Below, in pieces: positions 37,561 to 50,590 of a stretch of DNA of 64,000 nucleotides. Numbering within the stretch: position 1 is the first letter of the stretch; each line of letters begins with the position of its first letter. The notes beneath the pieces are model-generated. The model made no database searches. It was not told the origin of the DNA and saw only the letters and a list, made by a program, of their open reading frames with translations. A program made the position numbers and the translations under genes. This DNA comes from Mobula hypostoma (taxonomy: Eukaryota), in NCBI RefSeq assembly GCF_963921235.1, contig NC_086108.1, positions 31,250,001 to 31,314,000 on the forward strand, in the 5' to 3' direction.

Positions 37561-39169
37561 TGTGGGTGTATGGGGTGGTTGGGTCCTGACTAAATATCAG
37601 GAAATGCCAATAGTGATTACATAGCTTCTACCACCCAAGACAACTCCACCTAGCCATTACCAAGTGCAAATAAAGCACAAAGGATAAAGAAAGCTATGCT
37701 GTGGATTAAACATTTGTGACTATTTGAGAACATTTTTATTGTGATCTTATGAATATGGATATGTTTCATTTCAGTTTCTGCACATTGTTTTGCAAAACAT
37801 TTTTCAATAGCAAAAATTAAACTGTAAAAAGCAGGTGCTGGAAGTCTAAACTTGAAACAGGAAATGGTGAAAACACACAGCAGACCAGGCAACCAAAACT
37901 GTTAAGTTTTTCTTGCATTTTCTACTCTTACTTTTAAAAATGACTCAGTTCCTTTAAGATTATGCATTTTTGACCATCTCACTATCTTCAAACTCCAGTT
38001 TAAGATTAAGGGCAAAGAAGTGGCTACCTGTAGAAATGTATATGATTTATCGAAAGGCTATTTGAAGTGATCATTTCTAATTGATCTGGATGAGAAAATG
38101 TATTCATTCAAAGCAGATGTGATTTATAATTATTAATCGGCAATATTAACTGAAATAATTTCACTCTAAGATACTTAAGGAGTTTGCTGTTCTGCAAAAC
38201 CTTGACAACTAATCTTTGAAATACATGAAGATTCCAATCCTGATCACATTAAATTTGGACCAGAAATTAAAATTAGGTTCCGCAATGCTTCAAACATCAC
38301 AATAGTGGTGTTTTAAAATATTTTGAGGGCTTGGTTCTGATTCGTAGTTCCATGTATCAATGTTCATCGGAATTATAATTGCTTTAGATTGAAGATGCAA
38401 CATGTTGATGAACAACACTGAGGGGAATGTTTGGGGAAGAGGTAATTTCCTGTGATGTATATAGGTTTATCTCTCCCATGTGCTAAAACTCAAACTAAGT
38501 TATATCGAAACTCTTTCAAGCCTTATGCAGCAACAGATGTTCAACAGATTAACAGATGTTCTTTGCAATACATTCTCTTTGGAAGCCACAGAACAGCAGT
38601 GCTTAAAAGGAAATGATGTCTGCCAAATAAGTTAGATGTGGTTAAATGACAAGGCAAATAGAGAAATATCGTTAGATTTAACATGACTTTGCAAAAAAGG
38701 ACAAATCTTTCTTGTGCTCTCCAAACATTGTTGTAGATTAACAATTACTTATTTACACTCAGGCAACTGAGGCCTGCAATTGCATCAGTGTGCATCACTT
38801 TAATGTCCCACTCATTGTAAGATACTAGGAATCAAGCTGATTACATATTCCATTAGTTTGCTTGACAACAGCTGTGCACAAGAGAACCTTGAACTTTCCC
38901 TTCTAGCTATGCCCCAAATTCACAATGTTCCTTTAGACATGCTCACATGCCTAGGAGCAAATCAAAACCGAGAATCTTTTATGATCACCCTTTCACAGAA
39001 TGTTTGAGTCATCAGAGCCCAAAGGTGCGAAACTGTTTAGATCCTGGTTGGAGGTGATCACTTCTAGAATCATACAGTAAAATAGCACAGAAGTAGTCTC
39101 TTCCCCTGTGATGGTTATTCACTCTCCATAGCCCGAGAAGTATATTGCTGAATTCAACTTTCCAGCACA

Positions 39170-39802
39170 GCAACATGACTTTTCCAATGGATCAGAGTTG
39201 TTAATGATAAAGTTAAACATTTAACAAATATTCTTTGCTCAATTTTTTGTTGTAAACAAGAACAAGTCTCCAGTTCTTAATGTAAATAAAAACCAGCAAT
39301 CAGTTTGAAGTTGGAAACGCAGTTTTGCCAAGTAAAGTGACCAAGGGTCTTCTCTCTGATAGCCAAATGCAAGACAATGGGGTTATATCACTTAGCACAT
39401 CAAATGTGGTTACAAGTTGAGATGTCTGTGTACTCAGAGGGTCACCCCTCACAGCATTACTTGTGGACACTTGGCATCTCTGTTGCCAGAAGCTTTTAAG
39501 AACATCTGTATGAGTTAGTCCCAGGAAAGCTATCCGGAAAACATCACCTGCAGATTGATGACATCTAATAGAAAATAGCAGAAGTATGAGATTCAGAATC
39601 AGGTTTAACCGTCAGACAGTTGTGATTCTCAGCTGCAGCAGACTGAATCGGAAGTATCTGATGCTTTCCATCGGAACTGCTCACATGAGTCAATCATCTT
39701 GATGGCATCCCTGAAGTAGAAATTGGGGGAGTAGCATTGGGGATTGTCAGGAATGACAAGGAGAATGACAGACAGATAGGGTTAGAGAAAGAAGAACTAG
39801 AG
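39170..39802 (+). repeat. Old diverged duplicate of non-coding sequence (partner 43352-43810)
   Basis: Shared colinear blocks such as TTGTAAACAAGAACAAGTCTYCAGTTCTTAATGTAAA, CAAATGCAAGACAATGG and GGAAAACATCA. Confidence 0.8.
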
Positions 39803-40690
39803 TCCTATGGACTCACTTTCAAGGACTCTTCTATTCATCTTCTCAATATGTATTGCTTGGTTATTATTATTATTTATTTTTGTATTTTTTTTCTCAGCAA
39901 AACTGGTACAGGCATAGCCAAGCACAATCATTTTTCAAATGCTAGGAACTTTCAGACTATTTTAGCGGTGTTTAGTATTCTGGCTTTCTGGAGATATACA
40001 TAAATATTTACATAAATATCACCCTAAAATGCGACTTTGTAGTGACTTTGGGATGGTACTATTGTAGATATTACTATTGGGACAATGTATATCCTGTTCA
40101 TGTTCCAGACTTTCAACTTCCTCTTTTAATACAGTATATTTCTGGTGTTTTTTTATTTATTGAATTCTGTATGTTATGTGTCTTTGAAATGGCTAAATCT
40201 ACTGAGTAAGTTGTTCTTGTTTGTTTATTCTGTAATATTATATTTGGATGGTTATTATAGATTGTCCTATATGTAAGAATAGATGGGTCATAATAGAATT
40301 TGTAGGACTCTGACTCTAAAACTGGATCAAGATTGTAAATGTAGTAAGGTATGGCATCTTTAATTAATTTGTATTTTAAAGCAAGGTTTTGGTGAATGAT
40401 GTTTGCCACTTGATTGTGCAATGTAAGTAATCAGATTGAGTTAAACTGCTGCAGGCAGGATCCTGAAATGTGTTGGATAGTTTATTTTTATTATTATTAT
40501 TATTATTAGTTCTTCTTTTTCTTTCTCTTTGTATTTATAGTTTGTTCGTCAGGGCCCTGCTGAATGCAATCTTTCATTGCTTCTATTGGGTTTCTAGTAT
40601 TTAGTGTGAATGCCTGCAAGGAAATGAATCCCAGGGTTGTATATAGTGACATGAATGTACTTTGATAATAAGTTTACTTTGAACTTTGAT
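39803..40690 (+). mobile_element. Rex/Babar-type 3' UTR, split by an R4/Dong insertion
   Basis: CTCACTTTCAAGGACTCTTC...TACTTTGATAATAAG..TTTGAACTTTGA, homologous to 1965-2222. Confidence 0.7.
39893..40480 (-). mobile_element. R4/Dong-clade RLE retrotransposon, 3' fragment
   Basis: HNQVANIIHQNLALKYKLI..PYY.Y..PVLESESYKFYYD..IYNNHPNIIL..VDLAI and IVPIVIST..IPKSL; (TTA)n tracts on both sides. Confidence 0.75.
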
Positions 40691-40829
40691 ATCCATATCA
40701 GATAGGACTTAAAGTCTTCTTCTGAGTTTAGGATTTTGTGGACAAAAAAACCCAATACCATCACACACCCCACCAATTCTGAAGTGAGCATCAAACATCC
40801 ATTAACACTAATCCAACAGTGATCCCATC

Positions 40830-41050
40830 TTTAGTCTCTTTTCATTAACATGCACCCATTATCTATGAGGGTAAATTTACAGTGGACAATGAACCAACCA
40901 ATCTGTATGTCCTTTGGATGTGGGAGGGAATTGGAACAACTCAGGGGAGATTCCACACAATCACAGAGCAGACAGAGAGCACCCGAGATCAAGGATGGGC
41001 CCAAGCTCACTGAAGCAGTAAGTTCTACAAACTGCATTATTGTACCACAC
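40830..41050 (-). mobile_element. Degraded V-SINE/HE1-like SINE
   Basis: Minus-strand core TTCCCTCCCACATCCAAAGGAC...CACTGTAAATTTACCC. Confidence 0.55.
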
Positions 41051-41117
41051 TATATCAATTAATTGGTCTTCCTGGCTGTTGTATTTTTACATTATGCAAG
41101 GATATGATGTTGGATTT

Positions 41118-41520
41118 TTAGATTAGATTATGAGGACACTCAGTCCTCGTTTATTGTCATTTAGAAATGCATGCATTAAAAAATAATACAATGTTCCTCC
41201 AGAAAGATATCACAGAAACACAGGACAAACCAAGACTAAAACTGACTAAACCACATAATTATAACATATAGTTACAACAGTGCAATGCAATACTGAAATT
41301 TAATAAAGAGCAGACCATGGGCACGGTAAAAAAAAGTCTCAAGTCCTGATAGCCCCATCATCTCACGCAGACGGTAGAAGGGAGAAAACCTCCCTGCCAT
41401 GAACCTCCAAATGCCACAAACTTGCCAATGCAGCACCATTGGGAGCACCAGACCCCAGCGGATTCTGAGTCCATCTGAAAACTTCGAGCCTCCGACCAGC
41501 CCTCCGACACCAAAGACTTT
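41118..41520 (-). mobile_element. Non-coding LINE-derived 3' end with (TAATC)n tail
   Basis: TTAGATTAGATTA tail and AATGACAATAAA on the minus strand. Confidence 0.5.
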
Positions 41521-43351
41521 CAATGAGATATCACACTGACATGCTCAGCTGAATATCAACAGATTAGAAGTGGCTACTTGTGATCTATACCAGCTCACAA
41601 AAGTGCACAATGACCCTTGTTAATAATTAAAGCATAGTTGCTTCCCCTGCTTGTATTGGCAATGGTGTACGGCAATTTCACCTTTCACCTTGGCTGCTGC
41701 CGTAGTAGGTGGCAAATTCATATTAGCATGCCATCCAACCCCACCCTGTGTTGGTTCAAAATATGGTTCCTGCCACTAAGTGCAACAACGCATCACCGTT
41801 TTCAGTGTTATGTTCCTTTGGCTGTACTTGGCTTGTCCTAATTTCAGTAACCTCTCTCCACGGTATACAGATCAGTGTGGGCTGGGTGTTGTTGAAGGTT
41901 GAATTTGTCTGGGAAAAGGCCTGATTTCATTGGCTGTAGATGATCATGGAAAACAGTGCCGGTACTGAGCCGTGATACAGCCTGATGTACACCCACATAA
42001 TGCAAAACCAAACTCAACAGGAAAACTGTTCCACTGAGGCATTTAAGGAAAGCTAAACATAGTCAAAGAGGAAAGTCACGAAAAGCAGCAAATTTGGAAA
42101 ATTTCAGAATTCTTCAGAGTAAGATCAAGGCATTGATGAGCAAGGGAAAGTGGAATAGGAGACCAGGCCAGCAAGAAACAAAGTAGCAGAAAATAAGAGC
42201 ATTTATTGATATATAAAAAATGTAAAAACGTTGTAAAATTAATGTAAGTCTCCTGTAGTTTGAAAATTGCCAGAAGTTTTTAAATTAATATTTTGTGACT
42301 GACTTCACTGATGGTACGGAAAGACTCCCTGAAACAATGGTCTAGTAAATGCTCAAATAAATGAGTAGAGAAAAAATCTGGTACTTGTAAAAATAATGAA
42401 ATTGGATGGCTGTAAATCTCCATAGCAACCGCACCTTGGCCAGAATCCAATTTGTCCTTTGGGAATCGTCAACAGCTTGAGAGGTCTAATTCTTCGGAGG
42501 ACAATGAGTAATTAAGAACGATAATAGAAAATCTCTAACTCCAATGAAAATTCTACCTTTTCAATAATTACGGTTTCTGCTTTAAACACCAGGTAATATT
42601 TTATTTTAAAAAGCCCCTCATCCTGCCAAAATCAGACTTTGAATCAAACAGAAATGTTTTCCATGATTCTCTCTCTTCAAATTTCTAACTTAGTTTTAAC
42701 ATTCATCTATTAAATTATTTACCATCAATTGTTAACTTGAGAAAAATGTTAGCTGATTTGCATTCAAAGGTGGTCTTAACATTTCTATGTCAAATTTGAA
42801 TGCCACACCATATAAAGTCATTGTTCATAATTTGAAGTCACAATTATTGAAATAATTTAGTGGTGAAACATTAATGCTCATTTTGCATCTGTTTGCATGC
42901 TTACTTTGAAATGGAGTAAAACTCCAATAACTTGGCATCTGTATGTTTTCCTCTCCCCTTAAGCTCACTGGGCTCATTGGAAGTTTTTGTGATATTGTCT
43001 AATATGGGGAAAATGGATGGTGAAATAGAAATGCGTTTCAATATTATTAGGAGACACATCCAAGCTGCTCATTGCAGCCCCAGCACCACGCTTGCTTTGC
43101 CATTCTCCAGGCACCTGATTCCTGTGCTCCTAATCAACTCACCAGGGCCCCTTTTCTTGTGCTCCCTTTAAAATTACTTATTTCACTAAGGGAAAAATAT
43201 TATACTAGTTAGAACTTCAAAAATAATCATTTAAAAGTGTGTTGGGGTATAAAGGAAAATAACATCCAAAAGTCTGCAAAATCTACTTGTCTTGTGATGT
43301 GTAGTCACTTTTTAAGGCCCAAAAGGCTTATTGCTAACTTTCTACTACAAC

Positions 43352-43810
43352 AATATGACCTTTCCAAAGCATCAGAGCTTTTTGTGACAAAGTTAAACTT
43401 TAACAAATATTTTTTGCTTGACTTCTTATTGTAAACAAGAACAAGTCTTCAGTTCTTAATGTAAATTGCAAACACTAATCAGTCTGAAGTTAAAAGGACA
43501 ACTGGACTGACTGCTAAAAGATGTGATTTGCAAAGTGAAGTGACCATAGGTCTAGGCTACTTTGGTCAAATGCAAGACAATGGAACTAGGATAATTGACC
43601 TACATTAAACTTGGCAATGTCAGCTTCATTATTTGCACCTTTGTCCTCAAATGATTTAAGGCCATCTGTGTAAATTACTTCGTCCCAGCAAAGGTATCTG
43701 GAAAACATCATATCAGGTGATGCCATCTCATGGAAAACAGTACAAATATTAGGGAACATTGAAGATTGTTAGGAATGTCAAGCAGAATGACAGAAAGAAG
43801 AACTAGAATT
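43352..43810 (+). repeat. Old diverged duplicate of 39170-39802
   Basis: Same conserved blocks in the same order, with internal indels. Confidence 0.8.
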
Positions 43811-44069
43811 CACTCCTTAGCTTTTGGTTTCTGTGACAGATGACTTGATTGTCTGTAACACGGGTCATGTTCTTCTAATTTATAAGAATTGTACCTGTGT
43901 TTGGAAATCCTTTATTGTTTGTAAATCTTTTGTAAGTTAAAAATGTTTTATAAATCTGAAATCCTCTGTGTGTTTAATATGTGTTAAAAACTATGCTGTC
44001 TAAATTTAAATGTCCGTCATTAAAAATGTAATAGACTGTGTTTAAACTTCTTTATCCTCCAAGAGGAAT

Positions 44070-44398
44070 ACAACCCTGTCATAGCTTGGAGGCTTGTGTG
44101 CCTCAATGACCCAGAGGTCAACGTTGGCTGTAGTCAAGGCTTTATCCTTCGACTCTTGATAGAGTCAGCACTGCCAAGCAGTTCAAAGGATAGAGACCAG
44201 ACTAGGAGTGGTCCGCTACTCCTCCAGGTTTGAGGGTTCAGCTCAGGGCTAACAACCATTACTGGTCTAAGAAAACTGTTACAGAAACAGCAATGAAGAA
44301 TCCTTCCACATCTGTGTGCAGCCAAGGAAGAAAGATGGAGGACCTTTATTGCAGCCTTAAACGCCAGCGGCATAATGGGTAGTAAGTAAGTAAGTAAA
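44070..44398 (+). mobile_element. RTE-derived non-autonomous element (5' UTR fused to 3' end) with (TAAG)n tail
   Basis: GGCTTGTGTGCCTCAATGACCC and TCCTCCAGGTT..GGGCTAACAACC RTE-like 5' motifs; 3' end ATGGAGGACCTTTATTGCAGCCTTA..GTAAGTAAGTAAGTAA. Confidence 0.6.
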
Positions 44399-45221
44399 TT
44401 ACTTTGTTAGCTGTAAGTATGTTTTCCTTGGTAGGGAGGGGTGACCCAGCACTCAAGTAGTGAGTATTGGCAGCTAGACCTCGCCACAGAGACTAGATAG
44501 CTAGTCTTTGAAGAGTATAAACTCCCTGCACTGGGTGTCCCCATAGATATTTAAATCAAATTCGGTTTAAAAATCTTCTTTTGAGTTTAGGGCTAGACTA
44601 TCAGAGCTTAACTATAATTCAGTCCTTCAGAATTAAGAGCAAAATTTTAGTATACTTTTTGATAATCATGCTCCCCATACAAAAGAAAAATCTATCTCAC
44701 AAAGTGTTTGTCACTGCATTTTCCAATCCAGGAATTTTATGAGTTGTGCATTATGATTACTTCGTTAAGTAACATTAATGCCTAATCTCTTTTCAACAAA
44801 TATCATAATTAAAATGAGAATAACTGATAACTATAAGGCTTCTTTACTTTGTGTCAGTTATTTCCATTCTAATAACAGATTCCAGTTTCCCATTAATCAT
44901 TACTGCAGAATTCTTTCTAAGTAGTAATCCTTGCACGTTGTCCTAGAAAGTTTTTATTTTATCAAACCCAAATTGAAGAAGGCCTCCCTAATTAGCAAAC
45001 CACAAATTTGGTTAGGATTATTTCTCCTCTCGATTTGAGTGAGCACCCACTTGGAAAAGGCTGTGCAATTATCAGTTGAGGAGAATGTACAGTGGAGATC
45101 ATAAGGGAAAATTACTTGAAGCTGTTTATTACTCATAATTAAAGCATGGATGCAGTAAGATCAGCATATGAAAGAACAACGTTCACTGGAGTGAATCCAA
45201 GTATAATAAATTGCAGTTGAA

Positions 45222-45660
45222 GTCATAGAGTCACAGAGCAGTACAGCACAGAATTGGGCCCTTCAGCCCATGTATTCCATGTCAAAACCATTTAAACTGC
45301 CTACTCCCATTGACCTTCACCTGGACCATAGCCCTTCATACCCCTACTATGCATGTACCTATCGAAATGTCTCTTAAACGTTGAAATTGGGCTTGCATGC
45401 ATCGCCTGTGCTGGCAGCTTATTCCAAATGCTCATGACCCTCTCAGAGAAGAAGCTTCCCTCATGTTCCCCTTACAATTTTCACCTTTCACACTTAACCC
45501 ATAACCTCTGGCTGGAATCCCACCCAGCCTCAGTGGAAAAAGCCTGCTTGCTTCTACCCTGTCTATACTCCTCATAAATTTGTATATCTCTGTAAAATCT
45601 CCTCTTAATCTTTTACATTCTAAGGAATAAAGTCCAAACAGATTCAACCTTTCCTTATAA
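45222..45660 (-). mobile_element. CR1 3' end; continues at 49855-50590 after the nested CR1
   Basis: LFGLYSLECKRLRGDFTEIYKFMR; the reading continues across the insertion. Confidence 0.85.
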
Positions 45661-45809
45661 ATGGAGTGGGCGATGGAGTAGTGGGAGACAGAGTAGGAAG
45701 GCTTTGGCTCAAGTGGCGTCGGCGAGCAGAGGCTGAGGACGAACCTGCTCCCAGTGAGGTAAGGCTGGGTAAGCTCCTTTAATTAATCTAATTAACTTAG
45801 GAGTAGGTA

Positions 45810-46749
45810 ATGGAGGCAGCAGTTAGGGCAGTCGAGTGCTCCGTTTGCAGTATGTGGGAAGTCAGGGCAAGCACAATTGTTCCTGATGACTACACCTGTA
45901 AAAGGTGCATCCAGCTGCAGCTCCTGACAAACCGAGTAAGGGAATTGGAGCTAGAGCTGGATGAACTTCGGATCATTCGGGAGGCAGAGGCAGAAATAGA
46001 CAGGAGTTTCAGGGAGATAGTCACCCCTAAAAGTCAAGAAACAGGTAGCTGGGTGACTGTCAGGAGAGGGAAGGGGGAATAGACAGAATGAGCAGAGTAC
46101 CCCTGTGGCCGTTCCCATCAATAATAAGTATACCGTTTTGGATACTGTTGGTGGGGATGACCTACCAGGGACAAGTTGCAGTAGTTGCGTCTCTGGCACC
46201 GAGACTGGACCCTCAGCTCAGAAGGGAAGGAGGGAAAAGAGGAGAGCAGTAGTGATAGGGGATTCAATAGTTAGGGGAACAGATAAGAGGTTCTGTGGGA
46301 GAGATTGAGAATCCGGGATGGTTGGATGCCTCCCTGGTGCCAGGGTGCGCGATACCTCGGATCAAGTTCTCAGTATTCTCAAGAGGGAGGGTGAGCAGCC
46401 AGATGTCGTGGTCCATGTAGGGACCAATGACGTGGATAAGAAGAAGGAGGAGGTCCTGCAAAGAGAGTTTAGGGAGTTAGGTGCAAAGTTGAAGGAAAGG
46501 ACCTCCAGGGTTGCAATCTCAGGATTGCTACCCGTGCCACGTGCTAGTGAGGCTAGAAATAGGAAGATAATGCAGCTAAATACGTGGCTAAGGAGTTGGT
46601 GCAGGAGGGAGGGCTTCATGTTTCTGGACAATTGGGCCTTGTTCCAGGGAAGGTGGGACCTGTTCCGACGGGACGGGTTGCACCTGAACTGGAGCAGGAC
46701 TAACATCCTTGCAGGAAGGTTGTGGGAACCTCTGAGGGGTTTAAACTAG
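45810..46749 (+). pseudogene. CR1 ORF1 (Zn finger, leucine zipper, esterase) with in-frame stops
   Basis: Consecutive same-frame ORFs 45810-46082, 46105-46308 and 46318-46749 are broken by stops or a small indel. Confidence 0.85.
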
Positions 46750-46924
46750 ATATGCAGGGGGAGAGGAGCCAGAGTGTTAGAGCAGACACTGAAGTGGAGG
46801 AGGATAAAGGTCCTGAGAGAACTGCAAGTATAATACATGTATAAGTATAAAGCCGGATCTAACATATAAAGAGGCTTTGAGGAAAGAGAAGCAGAATAAA
46901 GAGTGTAAAGGTAGTAAGGTAGAA

Positions 46925-49727
46925 GGGCTGAAGTGTGTGTACTTCAATGCAAGAAGCATCAGGAACAAAGGTGATGAATTGAGAACTTGGATACATACAT
47001 GGAATTACGATGTCGTGGCCATTACAGAGACTTGGCTGGCACCAGGGCAGGAATGGATTCTCAATATTCCTGGATTTCAGTGCTTTAAAATGGATGGGGG
47101 GGGTGGGGAAGGGGAGGAAGGGTGGCATTACTGGTCAGAAATACTATTACAGCAGCCGAAAGAGTGGGTAATGTAGCAGGATCCTCTTTTGAATCAGTAT
47201 GGGTAGAAGTCAGGAACAGGAAGGGAGCAGTTACTCTATTGGGAGTATTCTATAGGCCCCTTGGTAGCAGCAGAGATCCCAAGGAGCATATTTGGAGGCA
47301 GATTTTGGAAAGGTGCAAAAATAACAGGGTTGTTATCATGGGTGACTTTAATTTCCCTAATATTGATTGGCACCTGATTAGTTCCAATGGTTTAGATGGA
47401 GCAGAGTTTGTTAAGTGTGTCCAGGACGGATTCCTGTCACAGTATGTTGACAGGCCGACTCGGGGGAATGCCATACTAGATCTAGTATTAGGTAACAAAC
47501 CGGGTCAGGTCACAAACCTCTCAGTGGGTGAGCATCTAGGGGACAGTGACCACCGCTCCTTGGCCTTTAACATTATCATGGAAAAGAATAGAATCAGAGA
47601 GGAGAGGAAAATTTTTAATTGGGGAAGGGCAAATTATGAGGCTATAAGGCAAGAACTTGCAGGTGTAAATTGGGATGATGTTTTTGCGGGGAAATGTACA
47701 ATGGACATGTGGTCGATGTTTAGGGATCTCTTGCAGGATATTAGGGATAAACTTGTCCCGGTGAGGAAGATAAAGAATGGTAGGGTGAAGGAACCATGGG
47801 TGACAAGTGAGGTGGAAAATCTAGTCAGTTGCAAGAAGGCAGCATACATGAGGATTAGAAAGCAAGGATCAGATGGGTCAATTGAGGAATATAGTGTATC
47901 AAGAAAGGAGCTTAAAAAGGGGCTGAGGAGAGCAAGAAGGGGGCATGAGAAGGCCTTGGCAAGTAGGGTAAAGGAAAACCCCAAGGCATTCTTCAATTAT
48001 GTGAAGAACAAAAGGATGACCGGAGTGAAGGTAGGACCGATTAGAGATAAAGGTGGGAAGATGTGCCTGGAGGCTGTGGAAGTGAGTGAGGTCCTTAACG
48101 AATACTTCTCTTTGGTATTCACCAATGAGAGGAAACTTGATGATGGTGAAGACAATATGAGTGAGATTGATGTTCTGGAGCATGTTGATATTAAGGGAGA
48201 GGAGGTGTTCGAATTGTTAAAATACATTAGGACGGATAGGTCCCCGGGTCCTGACAGAATATTCCTCAGGCTGCTTCACGAGGTGAGTGAAGAGATTGTT
48301 GAGCCTCTGGCTATGATCTTTATGTCCTAGGATCTTTATGTTTAGGGATCTCTTGCGGATGTTAGGGATAAATTTGTCCCGGTGAGGAAGATAAAGAATG
48401 GTAGGGTGTCCTCGTTGTAACGGGAATGGCACTGGAGTATTGGAGGGAGGCGACTGTTGTCCCCTTGTTCAAAAAACATAGTAGGGATAGTCCGGGTAAT
48501 AATAGACCAGAGAGCCTTACGTCTGTGGTGGGAAAGCTGTTGGAAAAGATTCTTAGAGATAGGATCTATAGGCATTTAGAGAATCATGGTCTGATCAGGG
48601 ACAGTCAGCATGGCTTTGTGAAAGGAAGATCATGTCTAACATGCCTGATAGAGTTCTTTGAGGAGGTGACCAGGCATATAGATGAGGGTAGTGCAGTGGA
48701 TGTAATCTACATGGATTTTAGTAAGGCATTTGACAGGGTTCCGCACGTTAGGCTTATTCAGAAAGTCAGAAGGCATGGGATCCAGGGAAGTTTGGCCAGG
48801 TGGATTCAGAATTGGCTTGCCTGCAGAAAGCAGAGGGTCGTGGTGGAGGGAGTACATTTGGATTGGAGGGTTGCGACTAGTGGTGTCCCACAAGGATCTG
48901 TTCTGGGACCTCTACTTTTCGTGATTTTTATTAACGACCTGGATGTGGGGGTAGAAGGGTGGGTTAGCAAGTTTGCAGACAACACAAAGGTTGGTGGTGT
49001 TGTGAATAGTGTTCAGGATTGTCGAAGATTGCAGGGAGACATTGATAGGATGCAGAAGTGGGCTGAGAAGTGGCAGATGGAGTTCAACCCGGAGAAGTGT
49101 GAGGTGGTACACATTGGAAGGACAAACTCCAAGGCAGAGAACAAAGTAAATGGCAGGATACTTGGTAGTGTGGAGGAGCAGAGGGATCTGGGGGTACATG
49201 TCCACAGATCCCTGAAAGTTGCCTCACAGGTAGATAGGGTAGTTAAGAAAGTTTATGGGGTGTCAGCCTTCATAAGTTGAGGGATAGAGTTTAAAAGTCG
49301 TGAAGTAATGATGCAGCTTTATAAAACTCTGGTTAGGCCACACTTGGAGTACTGTGTCCAGTTCTGGTCACCTCACTATAGGAAGGATGTGGAAGCATTG
49401 GAAAGGGTACAGAGGAGATTTACCAGGATGCTGCCTGATTTAGAGAGTATGCATTATGTTCAGAGATTAAGGGAGCAAAGGCTTTACTCTTTGGAGAGAA
49501 GGAAGATGAGAGGAGACATGATCGAGATATACAAGATATTAAGAGGAGAAGATAGAGTGGACAGCCAGCGCCTCTTCCCCAGGACACCACTGCTCAGTAC
49601 AAGAGGACATGGCTTTAAGGTAAGGGGTGTGAAATTCAAGGGGGATATTAGAGGAAGGATTTTTACTCAGAGAGTGGTTGGTGCATGGAATGTCAGTGGT
49701 GGAGGCAGATACACTAGTGAAATTTAA
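46925..49727 (+). pseudogene. CR1 ORF2 (APE endonuclease + reverse transcriptase), disrupted
   Basis: CVYFNARSI, AITETWL, GDFNFP, LGDSDH, VPQGSVLGP, KFADNTK, LVRPHLEYCVQFWSP. Confidence 0.9.
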
Positions 49728-49854
49728 GAGACTAGTAGACAGGTATATGGAGGAATTTAAGGTAGGGGGTTATATGGGAGGCAGTGTTTAAGGGTCGGCA
49801 CAACATTGTGGGCTGAAGGGCCTGTACTGTGCTGTACTATTCTATATTCTATAA

Positions 49855-50590
49855 CTCAGGACCACCAACAGCAGCAATATCATGTAAATTTTCTCTGTAC
49901 TCTTTCAACCTTACTTACATCTTTCCTGTAACTAGGTGACCAAAACTGCACATAATACCTCAAATTAGGTCTCACCAACATCTTATACACCTTCAACATA
50001 ATGTCCCAGCTCCCGTACTCAATACTTTGATTTATCAAGGCTCTTGTGCAAAAAGCTTTCTTTATGACTACCTACATGTGATGCTACTTTCAATGAATTA
50101 TGGACCTGTTTTCCTAGATCCATTTGCTCTGCGCGTTCCCTACAGTTCACTGTAAGACCTGCTCTGGTTGGTCCTACAGAAAGACAACACCTTGCATTTC
50201 TGCATTAAATTCCATCTGCCATTTTTCAGCCCATCTTTCCAACTGCTTCAGATCTCTCTGCAAACTCTGATAGTCCTCCTCTCTGTTGACTACACCACCA
50301 ATCATGGTATAATCTGCAAATTTGCTGATCCAGTCAAACACATTGTCATCCAGATCATTGATATAAATGACAGACAACAATGGAGCCAGCACCAATCCCT
50401 GTTGTTCTCCACTAGTCACTGGCCTCCTGTCAGAGAGGCAACCATCTACAACCACTGTCTGGCTTTTCCCACAAAGCTGATGTCTAATCCAATTTACTGA
50501 ATGCAGAGGAGACTGAACCTTCCTGACTAACCTACAAAGCAGGACCTTGTCAAATGCCTTGCTAAAGTCCATATAGACAACATCCACTGC
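49855..50590 (-). mobile_element. CR1 RT fragment (upstream part of the 45222-45660 copy)
   Basis: MDVVYMDFSKAFDKV..ISKFADYT..WAEKWQMEFN. Confidence 0.85.

Larger units (their letters stand above)
45661..49849 (+). mobile_element. Near-full-length CR1 LINE (ORF1 + ORF2) with several stops
   Basis: ORF1 Zn finger and leucine zipper CSVC..CKRC..LQLLTNRVRELELEL plus SGNH esterase (GDSIVR, GTND, DGLHLN); ORF2 APE and RT; TSD TATAA at 45656-45660 and 49850-49854. Confidence 0.95.

Noticed and set aside
44817..44875. miRNA hairpin (AATAACTGA...TCAGTTATT)
   Set aside because: Only about 11 bp pair, the sequence is AT-rich and I recognise no mature miRNA.
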